A stretch of 53,370 nucleotides of DNA, from NCBI GenBank assembly GCA_027064125.1, contig JAMOQF010000065.1, positions 1-53,370 of the forward strand. Direction: 5' to 3'. Under the pieces are notes generated by a model, which made no database searches, was not told the DNA's origin, and was given only the letters and a program-made list of their open reading frames with translations. This stretch comes from Acidobacteriota bacterium. GTDB lineage: Bacteria > Acidobacteriota > JAAYUB01 > JAMOQF01. Below, in pieces: positions 17,705 to 28,234 of the stretch (its first letter is position 1; each line of letters starts with the position of its first letter). The translations under genes were made by a program, and so were the position numbers.

Positions 17705-18498
17705 TTTTTAAAATAATCTCTGTAGAGTTTTTTTAATTCCTTTAAACCTTCTGGCGTTATTGCTCCATACCACGCCACCCATTCTCCGGGAATGTATGCT
17801 ATTTTTACATGGGGACTGAGTTTCAGGTCTTCAATTATTTCTATTGGTTCAAGTTCATGAAAGTTGTATGGTTCTGACGGAAGCATCAACAGGTCAAATT
17901 CACTTTTTTGTATTTCTTCTTCATTTAGTTTAAAATACCTCTTTCTATTTTTTCTAAAAACATTGTGGAAACCACATCTTGTGAGGATGTCATCTAAAAA
18001 GGTTTCTTCATTGAAACACATGTATGGATTTCTCCATATGGGTAAAAATGTTGCTATTTTTTTAGATGGTGGTGAGGAAGAAATCTCCCTCTCAATTTTT
18101 TTTATTATTTCCTGTACTTTTTTATTTTCAAAAATTTGTCCCATGTGGGTGAGGAAGGTAATTATATCTTCAATCTTTTTGATTGACGCAATGTAGATCT
18201 TAAATCCGCTTTTAACAAGTTCTTCCACATCACTTTTTCTGTTTTCTTCCACATCTGCTATTATGAGATCTGGTGTCAGTGCAATTATTTTGTCTATGTC
18301 AATTTTTTTAGGGCTACCAATACTTTTTATTTTTTTAGCCTCTTCTGGCTTATTACAAAAATCTGTCCTCCCCACTACCAGATCTCCACAGTCTATTTCA
18401 AATAGGGTGTGGGTTACAGAAGGGATTAGAGATACAACCCTTTTAGGTGAATCAATTAGGGTGATATCCCTGCCTGTTAAATCCTTTAAAGTAATCAT
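17701..18498 (-). CDS. Helical-backbone metal receptor (BtuF/cobalamin-binding-like), no signal peptide
   Basis: PKRVVSLIPSVT, VVGRTDFC, PDLIIA..EEN, LPSEPY.F, WYG. Confidence 0.8.
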   Translation of the reverse strand: MITLKDLTGRDITLIDSPKRVVSLIPSVTHTLFEIDCGDLVVGRTDFCNKPEEAKKIKSIGSPKKIDIDKIIALTPDLIIADVEENRKSDVEELVKSGFKIYIASIKKIEDIITFLTHMGQIFENKKVQEIIKKIEREISSSPPSKKIATFLPIWRNPYMCFNEETFLDDILTRCGFHNVFRKNRKRYFKLNEEEIQKSEFDLLMLPSEPYNFHELEPIEIIEDLKLSPHVKIAYIPGEWVAWYGAITPEGLKELKKLYRDYFKK

Positions 18499-18499
18499 T

Positions 18500-18790
18500 T
18501 TACAATCCCTTCCAATTTTCCATTTCTATCTGTAAAAATCTCTGTCTTTCCTCTTCTGTCATTACCCTCTCAGTAAATTTTATCTCCATGCCAAGAGGTG
18601 AAAGTGCATTTACTATACTTACTTTTAACATATCCTTTATGGGAATATTGGGGAATGGATATGCCATCTCAATAGTTATTCCATTTTCCTCTACTTTATA
18701 ATCTGAGATGATCCCAAGTTTAAGCAAAGATGCATTTATGGCCGGGTGCATAACCTTATCCAGAAGTTCTCTTACTTTTTTTTCTTCCAT
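18500..18790 (-). CDS. DUF59 / iron-sulfur cluster assembly-like protein
   Basis: LDKVMHPAINASLLKLGII; ATG 18790 with GGAGG RBS. Confidence 0.7.
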   Translation of the reverse strand: MEEKKVRELLDKVMHPAINASLLKLGIISDYKVEENGITIEMAYPFPNIPIKDMLKVSIVNALSPLGMEIKFTERVMTEEERQRFLQIEMENWKGL

Positions 18791-18972
18791 TTTATCCTCC
18801 ATCTGCTGGTTGTATATAAAGGAAAATTGATTTTATATTAAATACATTTTTTTTCAATATTATTTTTTGAGAAGTTTATTATTTATAAAATGTTTACATT
18901 GAATCTAAAAAATTGTAAAATTTAAAAGTAAGTGTTTGTTAAAGTGTTAGTACATCTTTTTTGAGATACAAA

Positions 18973-19794
18973 ATGGCAGACCTTGGTAATTTATTCAAAG
19001 AAAAGAGGGAGGCCCTGGGGCTTACCTTAAATGATGTATCTGAAGAAATAAAAATAGGGATAAACTTCCTTCAGGCTATTGAGAAAGAAGAATTCTCTAA
19101 ACTACCCCGTGGAATTTATGGGAAATTTTTTGTAAAAAAGTATGCAGAATATCTCGAACTCGACACCTCGGAAATTATGAAAAAGTTTATGGAAGAAGGT
19201 TATTTTTCCCCGAAAGAGAATGAAAATATAACTTTAAGAGAGAAGGATAAGTTCATAACTGCAACTGAAAGGGCATATAATATAAAATTAATCCTCTTTC
19301 TTGTGGTTCTTTTTTTAATCCTTTCTGCCATACTTTATTATCTATTTATAAGGAGAGGTATGGCGGAGAGGCCAGATGTAAATTATTCGGTTTCACCAAA
19401 GATTGAGGGCCAACTGGATACAGGAGGTGTGTTAAAGGATTCTGGCAAAGAAGTAAAGGAAAAGTTAAGTGAAGCGAAAAATCTCAATGAAGGTGTGGAT
19501 GTTGGTAAAGGAGAGAGTGAAAATGAGATAAAACTTCTGGCAAAGGGTAGGTGTTGGATAAAAGTTAAAGTAGATGGTGGGGAGGAAAAGGAGTATCTTT
19601 TAAACAATGATGAGGTATTAATAAAATATTTTAAGGATGTTAAACTTACACTTGGAAGCGCTGGATCGGTTGATATGTATATCAATGGGAGAAAGTGCAA
19701 ACCCCTTGGGGATGTGGGAGAAGTCAAAAATATAGAAATAAATGTGGAAAATCAATCAGATTTTTTAGAGGCGGAGAGTGTAAATGGCAATTAA
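18973..19794 (+). CDS. rodZ: RodZ-like protein (HTH, TM helix, DUF4115)
   Basis: LGNLFKEKRE..GLTL, AIEKEEFSKLP..YGKFFVKKYAEYL, TM helix, CWIKV.VDG, LGSAGSV...INGR. Confidence 0.8.
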   Translation: MADLGNLFKEKREALGLTLNDVSEEIKIGINFLQAIEKEEFSKLPRGIYGKFFVKKYAEYLELDTSEIMKKFMEEGYFSPKENENITLREKDKFITATERAYNIKLILFLVVLFLILSAILYYLFIRRGMAERPDVNYSVSPKIEGQLDTGGVLKDSGKEVKEKLSEAKNLNEGVDVGKGESENEIKLLAKGRCWIKVKVDGGEEKEYLLNNDEVLIKYFKDVKLTLGSAGSVDMYINGRKCKPLGDVGEVKNIEINVENQSDFLEAESVNGN

Positions 19795-20890
19795 TCCCAT
19801 TCTTGATGCAATAAAAAAGGGAAATGCCCCGGAGATGGTTAAAGATGCTGCCGCAAAGGGTGCTTTGCCGCTACCACCGGAGGTTTTATTTGAAGCCCAG
19901 GTGATTTTATCCAGAGATAAAAATGAGAAGATAAGGGAAAGTGCAATAAAGTCTTTAAAGGATAGAGATGACAGTGAAATACTGTTAATTATTGAAGATA
20001 AAAATGTATCTCCCGATGTTCTGGATTTTTGTGGTAGATTCTATCTGGATAGACAGAAGATTCTGGAAAAGGTGGTTACCCACCCTAAGGTTCCACATAA
20101 AACACTTGTGGATGTAGCACCTAAGGTCAATCTCTCCATTGCTGAACTTATTATAAATAACCAGATGAAGTTGATTGAGGAGCCTGAAATAATAAAGGCC
20201 TTGAGGAAAAATCCCCATCTGACCCCTGCCAACTTAGCAAGGCTAAGTGAAATAGAAAAAGATTTCCTTCAGGAGGGTAAGGGAGAATACAAACTTACAG
20301 CAGAGGGCGAAGAGGTAGAAGAAGAACTTCTTGTGGAAGAGGAGGAAGAATCTCCAGAGGAAGGTATATTAAAAGAGGAAATTTTAGATAAATTACCTGT
20401 CGAGCCCACAGAGGAAGAATTACGGGAACTTTCCGGTAGAAGTGAGATAAATGTCTCTGAAGATGAGGTTGAACCTGAAAAATTAACGGTCTTACAAAAA
20501 CTTAGCAGGATGACTGTTAGCGAGAAAATAAAAACCGCACTTCTTGGCACCAGAGAAGAGAGGAACATACTTGTAAGAGATTCAAATAGGCTTGTTGCTG
20601 TCACCGTTCTTTCAAGTCCCAAGATTTCAGAAAGTGAGGTGGATGCAATTTCTCAAATGAGAAATGTGCATCAGGATGTCTTAAGGATTATTGGAACCCA
20701 TAGAGAGTGGCTAAAAAAGTATAAGATAGTGAAAAATCTTGTTAGAAATCCCAAGACTCCACTTTCTATTTCTTTGAGTTTGATAAATAGATTGACAAAG
20801 CAGGATTTAAAATTGCTTGTAAATGATAAGACCATACCGGATGTGTTAAGAAGACAGGCAAAGAGACTGGTTATGAAAAAGGGAGGTTAA
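19784..20890 (+). CDS. Conserved hypothetical helical-repeat protein with acidic linker
   Basis: Long ORF with native codon usage, coupled to neighbours; conserved-looking MTVSEKIKTALLG..EER.ILVRDSN and LVRNPKTP. Confidence 0.75.
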   Translation: MAINPILDAIKKGNAPEMVKDAAAKGALPLPPEVLFEAQVILSRDKNEKIRESAIKSLKDRDDSEILLIIEDKNVSPDVLDFCGRFYLDRQKILEKVVTHPKVPHKTLVDVAPKVNLSIAELIINNQMKLIEEPEIIKALRKNPHLTPANLARLSEIEKDFLQEGKGEYKLTAEGEEVEEELLVEEEEESPEEGILKEEILDKLPVEPTEEELRELSGRSEINVSEDEVEPEKLTVLQKLSRMTVSEKIKTALLGTREERNILVRDSNRLVAVTVLSSPKISESEVDAISQMRNVHQDVLRIIGTHREWLKKYKIVKNLVRNPKTPLSISLSLINRLTKQDLKLLVNDKTIPDVLRRQAKRLVMKKGG

Positions 20891-20895
20891 GAGGG

Positions 20896-21597
20896 TTGAA
20901 GAAGTTTTTTTTCGTGCTAATGGTGATGTTTCTTACCACTTTTTTTAGGGGAGAAAAATTTTACAAATATATTAACAGCAATGGTGAGGTTGTTTACTGT
21001 AATAGAAAGCCTAAAAATGTGTCTTCCAAAAAGGTTAAGGTCTATGAAATTAAGAGGGAAAGGGAGGATTTACTCCAATTTGATGATGATAGGTACAACA
21101 GGTATGATCCAATAATCAGGAAATATTCTAAAAAATATGGAGTGGATTTCAATCTAATTAAAACCGTTATTCTTGTGGAATCCAATTTCAATCCCAGTGC
21201 TGTATCCCCAAAGGGGGCAATAGGTTTGATGCAACTCCTGCCGGATACTGCCATAAGATTTGGTGTGGATGATCCCTATGATCCCGACCAGAATATAATG
21301 GGAGGAACCAAATATCTGAAGTATCTCATAAAGATGTTTAATGGAGATTTGAGACTTGTGCTTTCTGCGTATAATGCCGGGGAGAATTTGGTTAAGAGGA
21401 TTAATAGAGTTCCCAATTATAGAGAAACAAAGAAGTACGTGAATAAAATAATTGAAGTTTATGGGAGTGATATGGTACCTGTAGATGTAAATTATGTTTA
21501 CCGTAGAAGGAAAAAATTTTATAAGTACTATGATGAAAATGGGACCCTTGTTTTAACAAATATTGCCCCATCCAAGGATGCAAAAATTATAAATTAG
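20896..21597 (+). CDS. Lytic transglycosylase (SLT domain) with DUF4124-like modules
   Basis: VESNFNPSAVSPKGAIGLMQL, AYNAG, ETKKYV; signal peptide. Confidence 0.92.
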   Translation: MKKFFFVLMVMFLTTFFRGEKFYKYINSNGEVVYCNRKPKNVSSKKVKVYEIKREREDLLQFDDDRYNRYDPIIRKYSKKYGVDFNLIKTVILVESNFNPSAVSPKGAIGLMQLLPDTAIRFGVDDPYDPDQNIMGGTKYLKYLIKMFNGDLRLVLSAYNAGENLVKRINRVPNYRETKKYVNKIIEVYGSDMVPVDVNYVYRRRKKFYKYYDENGTLVLTNIAPSKDAKIIN

Positions 21598-21662
21598 TGA
21601 AACATTTTTAATTTTTTTTCGTATTTTTCGTGTGATAATTCGAAAAAAGTGGAGGTTTTGTC

Positions 21663-22409
21663 ATGAAAAGAAGGTCTTTTTTGATTTTTCTCGTCTTTAT
21701 AATGGGCTTTTTTGCCTTTTCCCAGAGTTTGAATGAAATTTTAGATTGCACCATAAAGGCCTATGGTGGCAAAGAGGCACTTAATAAAGTTAAAGATATA
21801 CATCTTGTTGGAAAGGTTGTAAGTATGGGAGTTGAACTACCCATGGAAATATATATAAAAAATCCCAACAAGATAAGAGTTGAGGTAAAGTTTCAGGGAA
21901 ATAAGATAATTCAGGTATTTGATGGGAAGAAAGGATGGAGTATAAATCCAATGATATCTCCAGAACCGAAGGAGATGGATAAAAAAAATGTAGAACAGAT
22001 TGAAAACTACAACAGTATAAATTTTTTCACCGAGTATAAAAAACTTGGATTTACGGCAACCTATGTGGGTACAGAAGATCTGGAAGGGGCTGAAGCGTAT
22101 AAGATAAAGTTTGTTAAAAAGGGTAGAGAACCCTTTTATTTCTTCATTGATAAAGAGAGTTGTATTCCTGTAAAAATTGATGTTTCGACTAAAAGAGGAA
22201 ATTCTGTGTTAAAAGGATCCATATATTTTTCCAATTATAAAAAGGTTGAGGGAGTTTATTTCCCATTTTCTGTGAGAATGGTTATGGGAAAGATGGAAAG
22301 TAATGTTGTTTTCAGTTCAATAAAGGTAAATGAAAATATTTCCGATTCTTTATTTGAAATAAAAGAGAAAAAAGGTGAAAAGGGAGATAGTAAGAATGAA
22401 AAAAATTAG
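21663..22409 (+). CDS. Exported LolA-like/outer-membrane lipoprotein-sorting-type protein
   Basis: Signal peptide; AYGGKEAL, PNKIRVE, FDGKKGW, YKKVEGVYFPF, N..ISDSLF. Confidence 0.65.
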   Translation: MKRRSFLIFLVFIMGFFAFSQSLNEILDCTIKAYGGKEALNKVKDIHLVGKVVSMGVELPMEIYIKNPNKIRVEVKFQGNKIIQVFDGKKGWSINPMISPEPKEMDKKNVEQIENYNSINFFTEYKKLGFTATYVGTEDLEGAEAYKIKFVKKGREPFYFFIDKESCIPVKIDVSTKRGNSVLKGSIYFSNYKKVEGVYFPFSVRMVMGKMESNVVFSSIKVNENISDSLFEIKEKKGEKGDSKNEKN

Positions 22410-25400
22410 TTTTATTTTTGCCTTTTTATTTCTTTTTATATTTTTATTTTTTTTCTCCACAGTATTTTCCTATGATAGTTCCATAATGGGTGATTTAAAG
22501 GCGAGGTTTATAGGACCTGCTGTCACCGGTGGTAGGATAACTGCCATTGATTGTGTAGATAGCGATAGAAATATAATTTATGTGGGTACCGCTGGTGGTG
22601 GTGTCTGGAAGTCGGTTGATGGCGGCATTACCTTCAAACCCATTTTTGATAAATATGTTATGTCCATAGGTTGTATAACGGTGGACCAGAAAAATCCGAA
22701 TATTATATGGATTGGAACTGGTGAAGTAAATGTGAGAAATACGGTTTCAATGGGAAGGGGGCTTTTTAAAAGTGAAGATGGTGGTGAGACCTGGAAATGC
22801 GTTGGGTTTGAGAACTCAGAGAGAATAAGCAAAGTTTTAATCGATCCCGAGGATTCAAATGTTGTCTATGTTGGTGTGCTTGGACATTTGTGGGATGATA
22901 ACAGTGAGAGGGGTGTTTATAAGAGTGAAGATGGTGGAAAGACCTGGAAGAAAATTTTATATGTTGATGAAAAAACCGGTTGTATTGACCTTGACATGGA
23001 TCCTCAGGAAAAGAATATTTTGTACGCTTCCATGTGGCAGGTGAGGAGATATCCCTACTTTTTTAAATCAGGTGGCAAGGGAAGTGGTATTTATAAAAGT
23101 ATAGATGGGGGTAAAACCTGGAAAAAAATTACGAAGGGATTGCCCAAAGGAGACCTTGGTAGAATTGGAATGGATATTTCCCCCCGGAGACCATCCACGA
23201 TTTATGCCCTTGTGGAATCTAAAAAAACGGGACTTTTTAAATCTGAAGATTTTGGGGAAAGCTGGAAGAGAATTAATTCTTCAAGGGCTGTTAGTATAAG
23301 GCCCTTTTACTTTTCCACAATCAAGGTTTCTCCGGACAATTTTAAAAAGTTGTATGTTTTAAATTTAACGCTTTTTGTGAGTGAAAATGGTGGTAAAAGT
23401 TTTGATTCTTCAGTGCTTTCAGGTGGCTTTTCCTTTTCCGTTGGGATGCATCCAGATTTACATGCAATATGGATAGATCCCAATGACAGTAACTATGTTT
23501 TAATTGGGACAGATGGTGGGGTTTACAGATCCTTTGATGGGGGGACCCACTTTGAATTTTTGTCGAGACTTCCCATATCCCAGTTCTACCATGTGAGTTA
23601 TGATATGGACTATCCCTATCACATATATGGAGGACTTCAGGATAATGGTTCCTGGATGGCAGTTTCTGATAGTATGGAGGGAAGTATAAGAAATAAAGAT
23701 TGGAAAAACATAGGTGGTGCAGATGGATTCTATGCCTTTAGAGATTATTTTAACAGGGATATTGTTTATTTTTCCTGGCAGGGTGGGAGATTTGAGTGGA
23801 AAAATATGAAAACCGGGGAGGTAAGAGATATAACTCCAAGACCTAAAAAGGGTGGTGAAAAATATAGGTTTAACTGGAATGCGGGAGTATTACTGAGTCC
23901 AGTTGATCACAGGACTATTTTCTTGGGGGCACAATATCTTTTTAAGACCACAAATAGAGGGGAAAGTTGGGAAAAAATTTCCCCAGACCTTACCACCAAT
24001 GACAGTAGTAAGTTAAAACAGGAGGAATCGGGCGGTCTTACTCCCGATGACACCACTGCTGAGAATTTTTGCTCCATTTATACAATTTCCCAGTCTCCCC
24101 TTGATGAGGATGTGATATGGGTTGGAACTGATGATGGAAATGTGGCCATAACCACAGATGGTGGAAAGACATGGACACAGGTGGCAAAAAACATTCCAGA
24201 CCTTCCAGCGGGGACATGGTGTAGTTGTATTGAGGCAAGTCATTTTGATAAGGGTGTTGCCTATGCCACATTTGATGGACATAGAACGGGGGATATCAAA
24301 CCCTATGTTTACAAGACGGTGGATTTTGGAAAACATTGGATTAAACTCTCTTCTAAAGAGATTGATGGATATTGCTTTGTTGTAAGAGAGGATTTGAAGA
24401 ATAAAAATTTACTCTTTTTGGGTACAGAATTTGGTCTGTATGCTTCCTTTAATGGTGGAAAAAATTGGATCTTTTTTAAAGATGTACTTCCTAAGGTTGA
24501 GGTCAGGGATATTCAGATCCATCCCCGGGAAAATGATCTTATTATTGCAACGTATGGTCGTGGAATAGCGATTATAGATGACATCACACCTCTAAGAAGT
24601 ATTAGTGATACTCTGATGAAAGAAAGGGCTGCTGTTCTTCCCTCAAGACCTGCCATAAAAAAAATACCTGTGGGAATTCAGGTTTTTCCCGCAAATGGGG
24701 AGTTTTTTGGAGAGAACCCTCCTGAAGGGGCATTTATAACTTATTATTTAAAGAAAAGGCACCTATTTGGAGATATGTTTATCGAGATTTTTGACAAAGA
24801 TGGAAAACTTGTTAAAGTACTTCCCGCTCACAATAGAAGGGGAATAAATAGGGTGTACTGGAATATGAGGTTAAAACCTCCCAAAACGGCTCACACATCT
24901 GGTTTAAGCCAGTGGGTTTTTGTTGGACCGATGGTAAAGGAAGGCGAGTATACGGTTAAGTTGGTGAAAAATGGCAAGGAATATACCGGTAAAATATACC
25001 TTAAACCAGACCCCCGCACAAAATATTCTCTAAAGGATAGGGAGTTAAGGGATAAAACTGTTGGAGAATTGTATGACCTTCAATACAGGCTGGCTTATAT
25101 CACAGATACCATGCTTGATGTGAAAAAAAGTATTGGAAAAATTTTGAAAAGGGTAAAGGAAGAAGATTTAAAGGATAAACTCTCTAAACTCAATAAATCT
25201 ATTGATACTTTTTATAATTCAATTACCCAGACAAAGGGAGTCTTTGTAGAGGGAAAACTCAGGGAAAAAATTATAGACCTCTACTCTTCTGTTATCTCCT
25301 ATGGTGGAAGGCCAACTAAAACACAACTTAAAAATCTAAAGGCCTTAAGTGTGGAAGAAAAAAAGAAGGAAAGGGAGTTTGAAGCTTTAAAGGGACAAAT

Positions 25401-25581
25401 TTCTCAACTTAACAAACTTCTGAGGGATAGAAAATATGAAGAATTGCGTATTCCCTCATTTGAGGAGTATAGGAAAAAAGATGAGGAAAATCGAGGTGAT
25501 GTCTCTGTAAAATATCTCTTTAAAAATTTTTATTCCTTCTATATTTCTCTTTTCAATCTCAACTGGATATATGGAATATAG
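22396..25581 (+). CDS. Exported BNR/Asp-box (VPS10/sortilin-like) beta-propeller glycosyl hydrolase-like protein
   Basis: RFIGPA..GGRI, many S/TxDGGxTW Asp-boxes, GGLQDNGSW, RFNWN; ATG 22396 gives a signal peptide. Confidence 0.88.
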   Translation: MKKISFIFAFLFLFIFLFFFSTVFSYDSSIMGDLKARFIGPAVTGGRITAIDCVDSDRNIIYVGTAGGGVWKSVDGGITFKPIFDKYVMSIGCITVDQKNPNIIWIGTGEVNVRNTVSMGRGLFKSEDGGETWKCVGFENSERISKVLIDPEDSNVVYVGVLGHLWDDNSERGVYKSEDGGKTWKKILYVDEKTGCIDLDMDPQEKNILYASMWQVRRYPYFFKSGGKGSGIYKSIDGGKTWKKITKGLPKGDLGRIGMDISPRRPSTIYALVESKKTGLFKSEDFGESWKRINSSRAVSIRPFYFSTIKVSPDNFKKLYVLNLTLFVSENGGKSFDSSVLSGGFSFSVGMHPDLHAIWIDPNDSNYVLIGTDGGVYRSFDGGTHFEFLSRLPISQFYHVSYDMDYPYHIYGGLQDNGSWMAVSDSMEGSIRNKDWKNIGGADGFYAFRDYFNRDIVYFSWQGGRFEWKNMKTGEVRDITPRPKKGGEKYRFNWNAGVLLSPVDHRTIFLGAQYLFKTTNRGESWEKISPDLTTNDSSKLKQEESGGLTPDDTTAENFCSIYTISQSPLDEDVIWVGTDDGNVAITTDGGKTWTQVAKNIPDLPAGTWCSCIEASHFDKGVAYATFDGHRTGDIKPYVYKTVDFGKHWIKLSSKEIDGYCFVVREDLKNKNLLFLGTEFGLYASFNGGKNWIFFKDVLPKVEVRDIQIHPRENDLIIATYGRGIAIIDDITPLRSISDTLMKERAAVLPSRPAIKKIPVGIQVFPANGEFFGENPPEGAFITYYLKKRHLFGDMFIEIFDKDGKLVKVLPAHNRRGINRVYWNMRLKPPKTAHTSGLSQWVFVGPMVKEGEYTVKLVKNGKEYTGKIYLKPDPRTKYSLKDRELRDKTVGELYDLQYRLAYITDTMLDVKKSIGKILKRVKEEDLKDKLSKLNKSIDTFYNSITQTKGVFVEGKLREKIIDLYSSVISYGGRPTKTQLKNLKALSVEEKKKEREFEALKGQISQLNKLLRDRKYEELRIPSFEEYRKKDEENRGDVSVKYLFKNFYSFYISLFNLNWIYGI

Positions 25582-25590
25582 TATTCAATT

Positions 25591-25618
25591 GGGGCAGGGA
25601 TCTTTCCCTGCCCGTTTT
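25591..25618. terminator. Intrinsic terminator hairpin between convergent genes
   Basis: GGGCAGGGA-TCTT-TCCCTGCCC perfect 9-bp stem followed by GTTTT. Confidence 0.8.
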
Positions 25619-25623
25619 CCAAT

Positions 25624-27756
25624 TTATTTCAGGTTCTCAATTAAAAAGGATTTTATCCTTTTAAAGAGAAAAATTCGATAAGATTTTTTTGAAATAGAAT
25701 GACTCTGGTTGGGATAGATATAGAGTTCAAAATCCTTTTCATTTTTTATTAATCTGTCTATTAGATTTAAACTGTTTACCGGGTGTACGTTGTCATCACA
25801 TGTTCCAAAGCAAAGTAGTAATTTTGATTTGATGTTTTTTACAAAATTAATTGGAGAACTATTGATATATCCATCTTTATTTTCTGAAGGCCTTCCCATG
25901 TATCTTTCTGTGTATATTGAATCATATAGCTTCCAATCTGTGACAGGTGCAACACTTATACCACATTTAAATATGCCTGGGGATTTTGTAAGGGCATAAA
26001 GTGTCATATATCCCCCAAAACTCCATCCCCATATTGCAATTTTATTGGGATCTACATAGGGGAGAGATTTCAGGTGATTTACCCCCATTAACTGGTCTTC
26101 AAGTTCCCTTTCCCCAAAGTGATGATAAATCCAATCTTCCCAATTTTTACCTCTACCTGAAGATCCCCTATTGTCCAGAGAAAATACTATGAATCCATTT
26201 TTTGCCAGGATTTCATGAAAGAGGGTAGTGGTGAATTTCCATTTCCTTTTTACCACCTGATAGTGGGGACCTCCATATACATAAATGAGCACGGGGTGTT
26301 TTTTATCCCTTTTAAAATTTTCAGGGAGATAGGTAAGTGTGTAATATGTCCTTCCTTCATATTTAAGTGTTGAAAATTTTGGAGGTAAAAGTCCATATTT
26401 TTCCCTTAAATTTATCTCTTTCCCGGAAAGGATTACTTTAAATGATGGGTTTGAAAAGGATTTTAAATATACAATGGTGGGAGTTAGTATGTCTGAATAT
26501 TCATCTATATAATATTTGAAATCCGGGGAAATGGAGATAATTTTATGTGTCCCACTTTTTTGAGATATCTTCTCAATGGAATTTCCACTAAAATCAACTT
26601 TATAGAATTGGGTTTCTGTGGGGTCATTTAATGTTCCTGTTAAATAAATTTTTTCATTTTCTTCATCCACACCTGAAAGAGAGGTTATGATCAATTTTCC
26701 ACCTGTGATTTTTTTAATATCCTTTTCCATGATTTTATATAGATATAAGTGTAAAAAGCCATCTCTTTCGGAACCCCATAGGAAATCCCTGTTATTTTTC
26801 ATAAGATAAAAAAGATCATTTATATTTATCCATGTATTGGCTTTTTCTTCCAGTAATATTCTTGTCTTTAAGGTATTAAAATCAACTTTTACCAGTTTTA
26901 AGGAATTTTGTGCTCTGTTTAGGGTTTCTATGTAGATATTTTCACCATTTCTATCTAAATATATTCTGGGAATATATGAATTTTCATTTGATGAAAATAT
27001 TTCCTTTTTTTCTCTTGTAAATAAATCAAATAGAAGTATCTTTACTTCCGGGTTTTTTTCTCCAGCATAGGGGTATTTCTGGATTCTTAAAGTGCCCTTT
27101 TCTCTTGTGTAGACAAGTGGATAGTCTCTAATTCCCTTTTCCTTTAAATTTACAAATAAAAAGAATCTTCCATTTTTACTCCAGAACATTCCTTTGCTTA
27201 TTCCAAATTCCTCTTCATAAACCCAGTCCCAACTTCCATAAATATTTTCTCTGGAGCCGTCATTTGTTATTTTAATTTCCCTTCTATCTGTGATGGAATA
27301 GATAAAAATGTTTTCTCCCTTAATATATGATATGTAGTTTCCATCAGGTGAAAAGTTAAAATCCTTACCTGTTCCATTTACCAGTATGGGGGAAATTTCT
27401 TTACTCCTTGTGTCATATAAATATGTGTGGTCTTTTGTTGAAAAGATAAAGAGTGTTCCATCTTCAGATAGTTTAAAATCTACTATCTTTTCATCTTTGC
27501 CTGGCACTTTTTCCAGCAAATCTTTAAAATTTATGAATATTCTCTTTTGCCTTCTTTCAAGATCCAATAGGTAGAAGTTTTTTTCACCATTTTCCTTTGC
27601 AAAATAGATGAGGGAGTTTTTGAAACACCAGTGCACTCTTTCTATGTGTCCTCCCCTTAATTCAGGGTTGTTGTAGATTTCTTCAATTGTTAAATTTTCA
27701 CCCCATAGGGGTATGCTTATAAAGAAGAGAATTAAAAGGGTTAAAAATTTTTTCAT
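25624..27756 (-). CDS. S9B dipeptidyl peptidase IV family serine peptidase
   Basis: Signal peptide; DWVYEEE, YGGP, GWSFGG, YTERYMG, DDNVH, catalytic H in QSH. Confidence 0.95.
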   Translation of the reverse strand: MKKFLTLLILFFISIPLWGENLTIEEIYNNPELRGGHIERVHWCFKNSLIYFAKENGEKNFYLLDLERRQKRIFINFKDLLEKVPGKDEKIVDFKLSEDGTLFIFSTKDHTYLYDTRSKEISPILVNGTGKDFNFSPDGNYISYIKGENIFIYSITDRREIKITNDGSRENIYGSWDWVYEEEFGISKGMFWSKNGRFFLFVNLKEKGIRDYPLVYTREKGTLRIQKYPYAGEKNPEVKILLFDLFTREKKEIFSSNENSYIPRIYLDRNGENIYIETLNRAQNSLKLVKVDFNTLKTRILLEEKANTWININDLFYLMKNNRDFLWGSERDGFLHLYLYKIMEKDIKKITGGKLIITSLSGVDEENEKIYLTGTLNDPTETQFYKVDFSGNSIEKISQKSGTHKIISISPDFKYYIDEYSDILTPTIVYLKSFSNPSFKVILSGKEINLREKYGLLPPKFSTLKYEGRTYYTLTYLPENFKRDKKHPVLIYVYGGPHYQVVKRKWKFTTTLFHEILAKNGFIVFSLDNRGSSGRGKNWEDWIYHHFGERELEDQLMGVNHLKSLPYVDPNKIAIWGWSFGGYMTLYALTKSPGIFKCGISVAPVTDWKLYDSIYTERYMGRPSENKDGYINSSPINFVKNIKSKLLLCFGTCDDNVHPVNSLNLIDRLIKNEKDFELYIYPNQSHSISKKSYRIFLFKRIKSFLIENLK

Positions 27757-27758
27757 TT

Positions 27759-28226
27759 TTATCTCCTGAGGGTGGCTAAAATTCTTTTTGGATTTAAAAT
27801 GGATGACAGGGCATCGTTAATATTTTTGAAGATTATGTGGGAGTTTATAAGTGCATCCCTGGAGATTCCTTCTTCTCCCACTATTCCTATTCCAAGAGCG
27901 GCTTCCTTTAACATTAGTATGTCGTTGTTGCCATTTCCTATGGCAATACAGTTTTTTTCACCCAGATGTTTAAGGAATTTGAGTTTTTCCTCTGCCTCGT
28001 TTGTGCCACCAATTTTTTTAAAATTTACACCAAGTACAGATGCAATTTCCTGCCCCTTTCCAAAAGTATCTGCAGTTAAGAGGAAAATTTCAAAATTTTT
28101 ATTAAGTTTTTCTATTTTTTCCTTAACACCATCTATTAAACAACCATCAGTGGAAAGGGTCCCATTTACATCAAGTAATATGTATTTTACATTGATTTTG
28201 TTAAAACCTTTGATTTCTATTTCCAT
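27759..28226 (-). CDS. HAD-family hydrolase (soluble P-type ATPase-like)
   Basis: LLDVNGTL, LTADTFG, IGNGNND, ATLRR. Confidence 0.88.
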   Translation of the reverse strand: MEIEIKGFNKINVKYILLDVNGTLSTDGCLIDGVKEKIEKLNKNFEIFLLTADTFGKGQEIASVLGVNFKKIGGTNEAEEKLKFLKHLGEKNCIAIGNGNNDILMLKEAALGIGIVGEEGISRDALINSHIIFKNINDALSSILNPKRILATLRR

Positions 28227-28234
28227 CTTCTCTC

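Noticed and set aside
17701-18960. Cobalamin riboswitch upstream of the BtuF-like gene
   Set aside because: The gene is operon-internal and the upstream intergenic region is almost pure A/T with no B12-box
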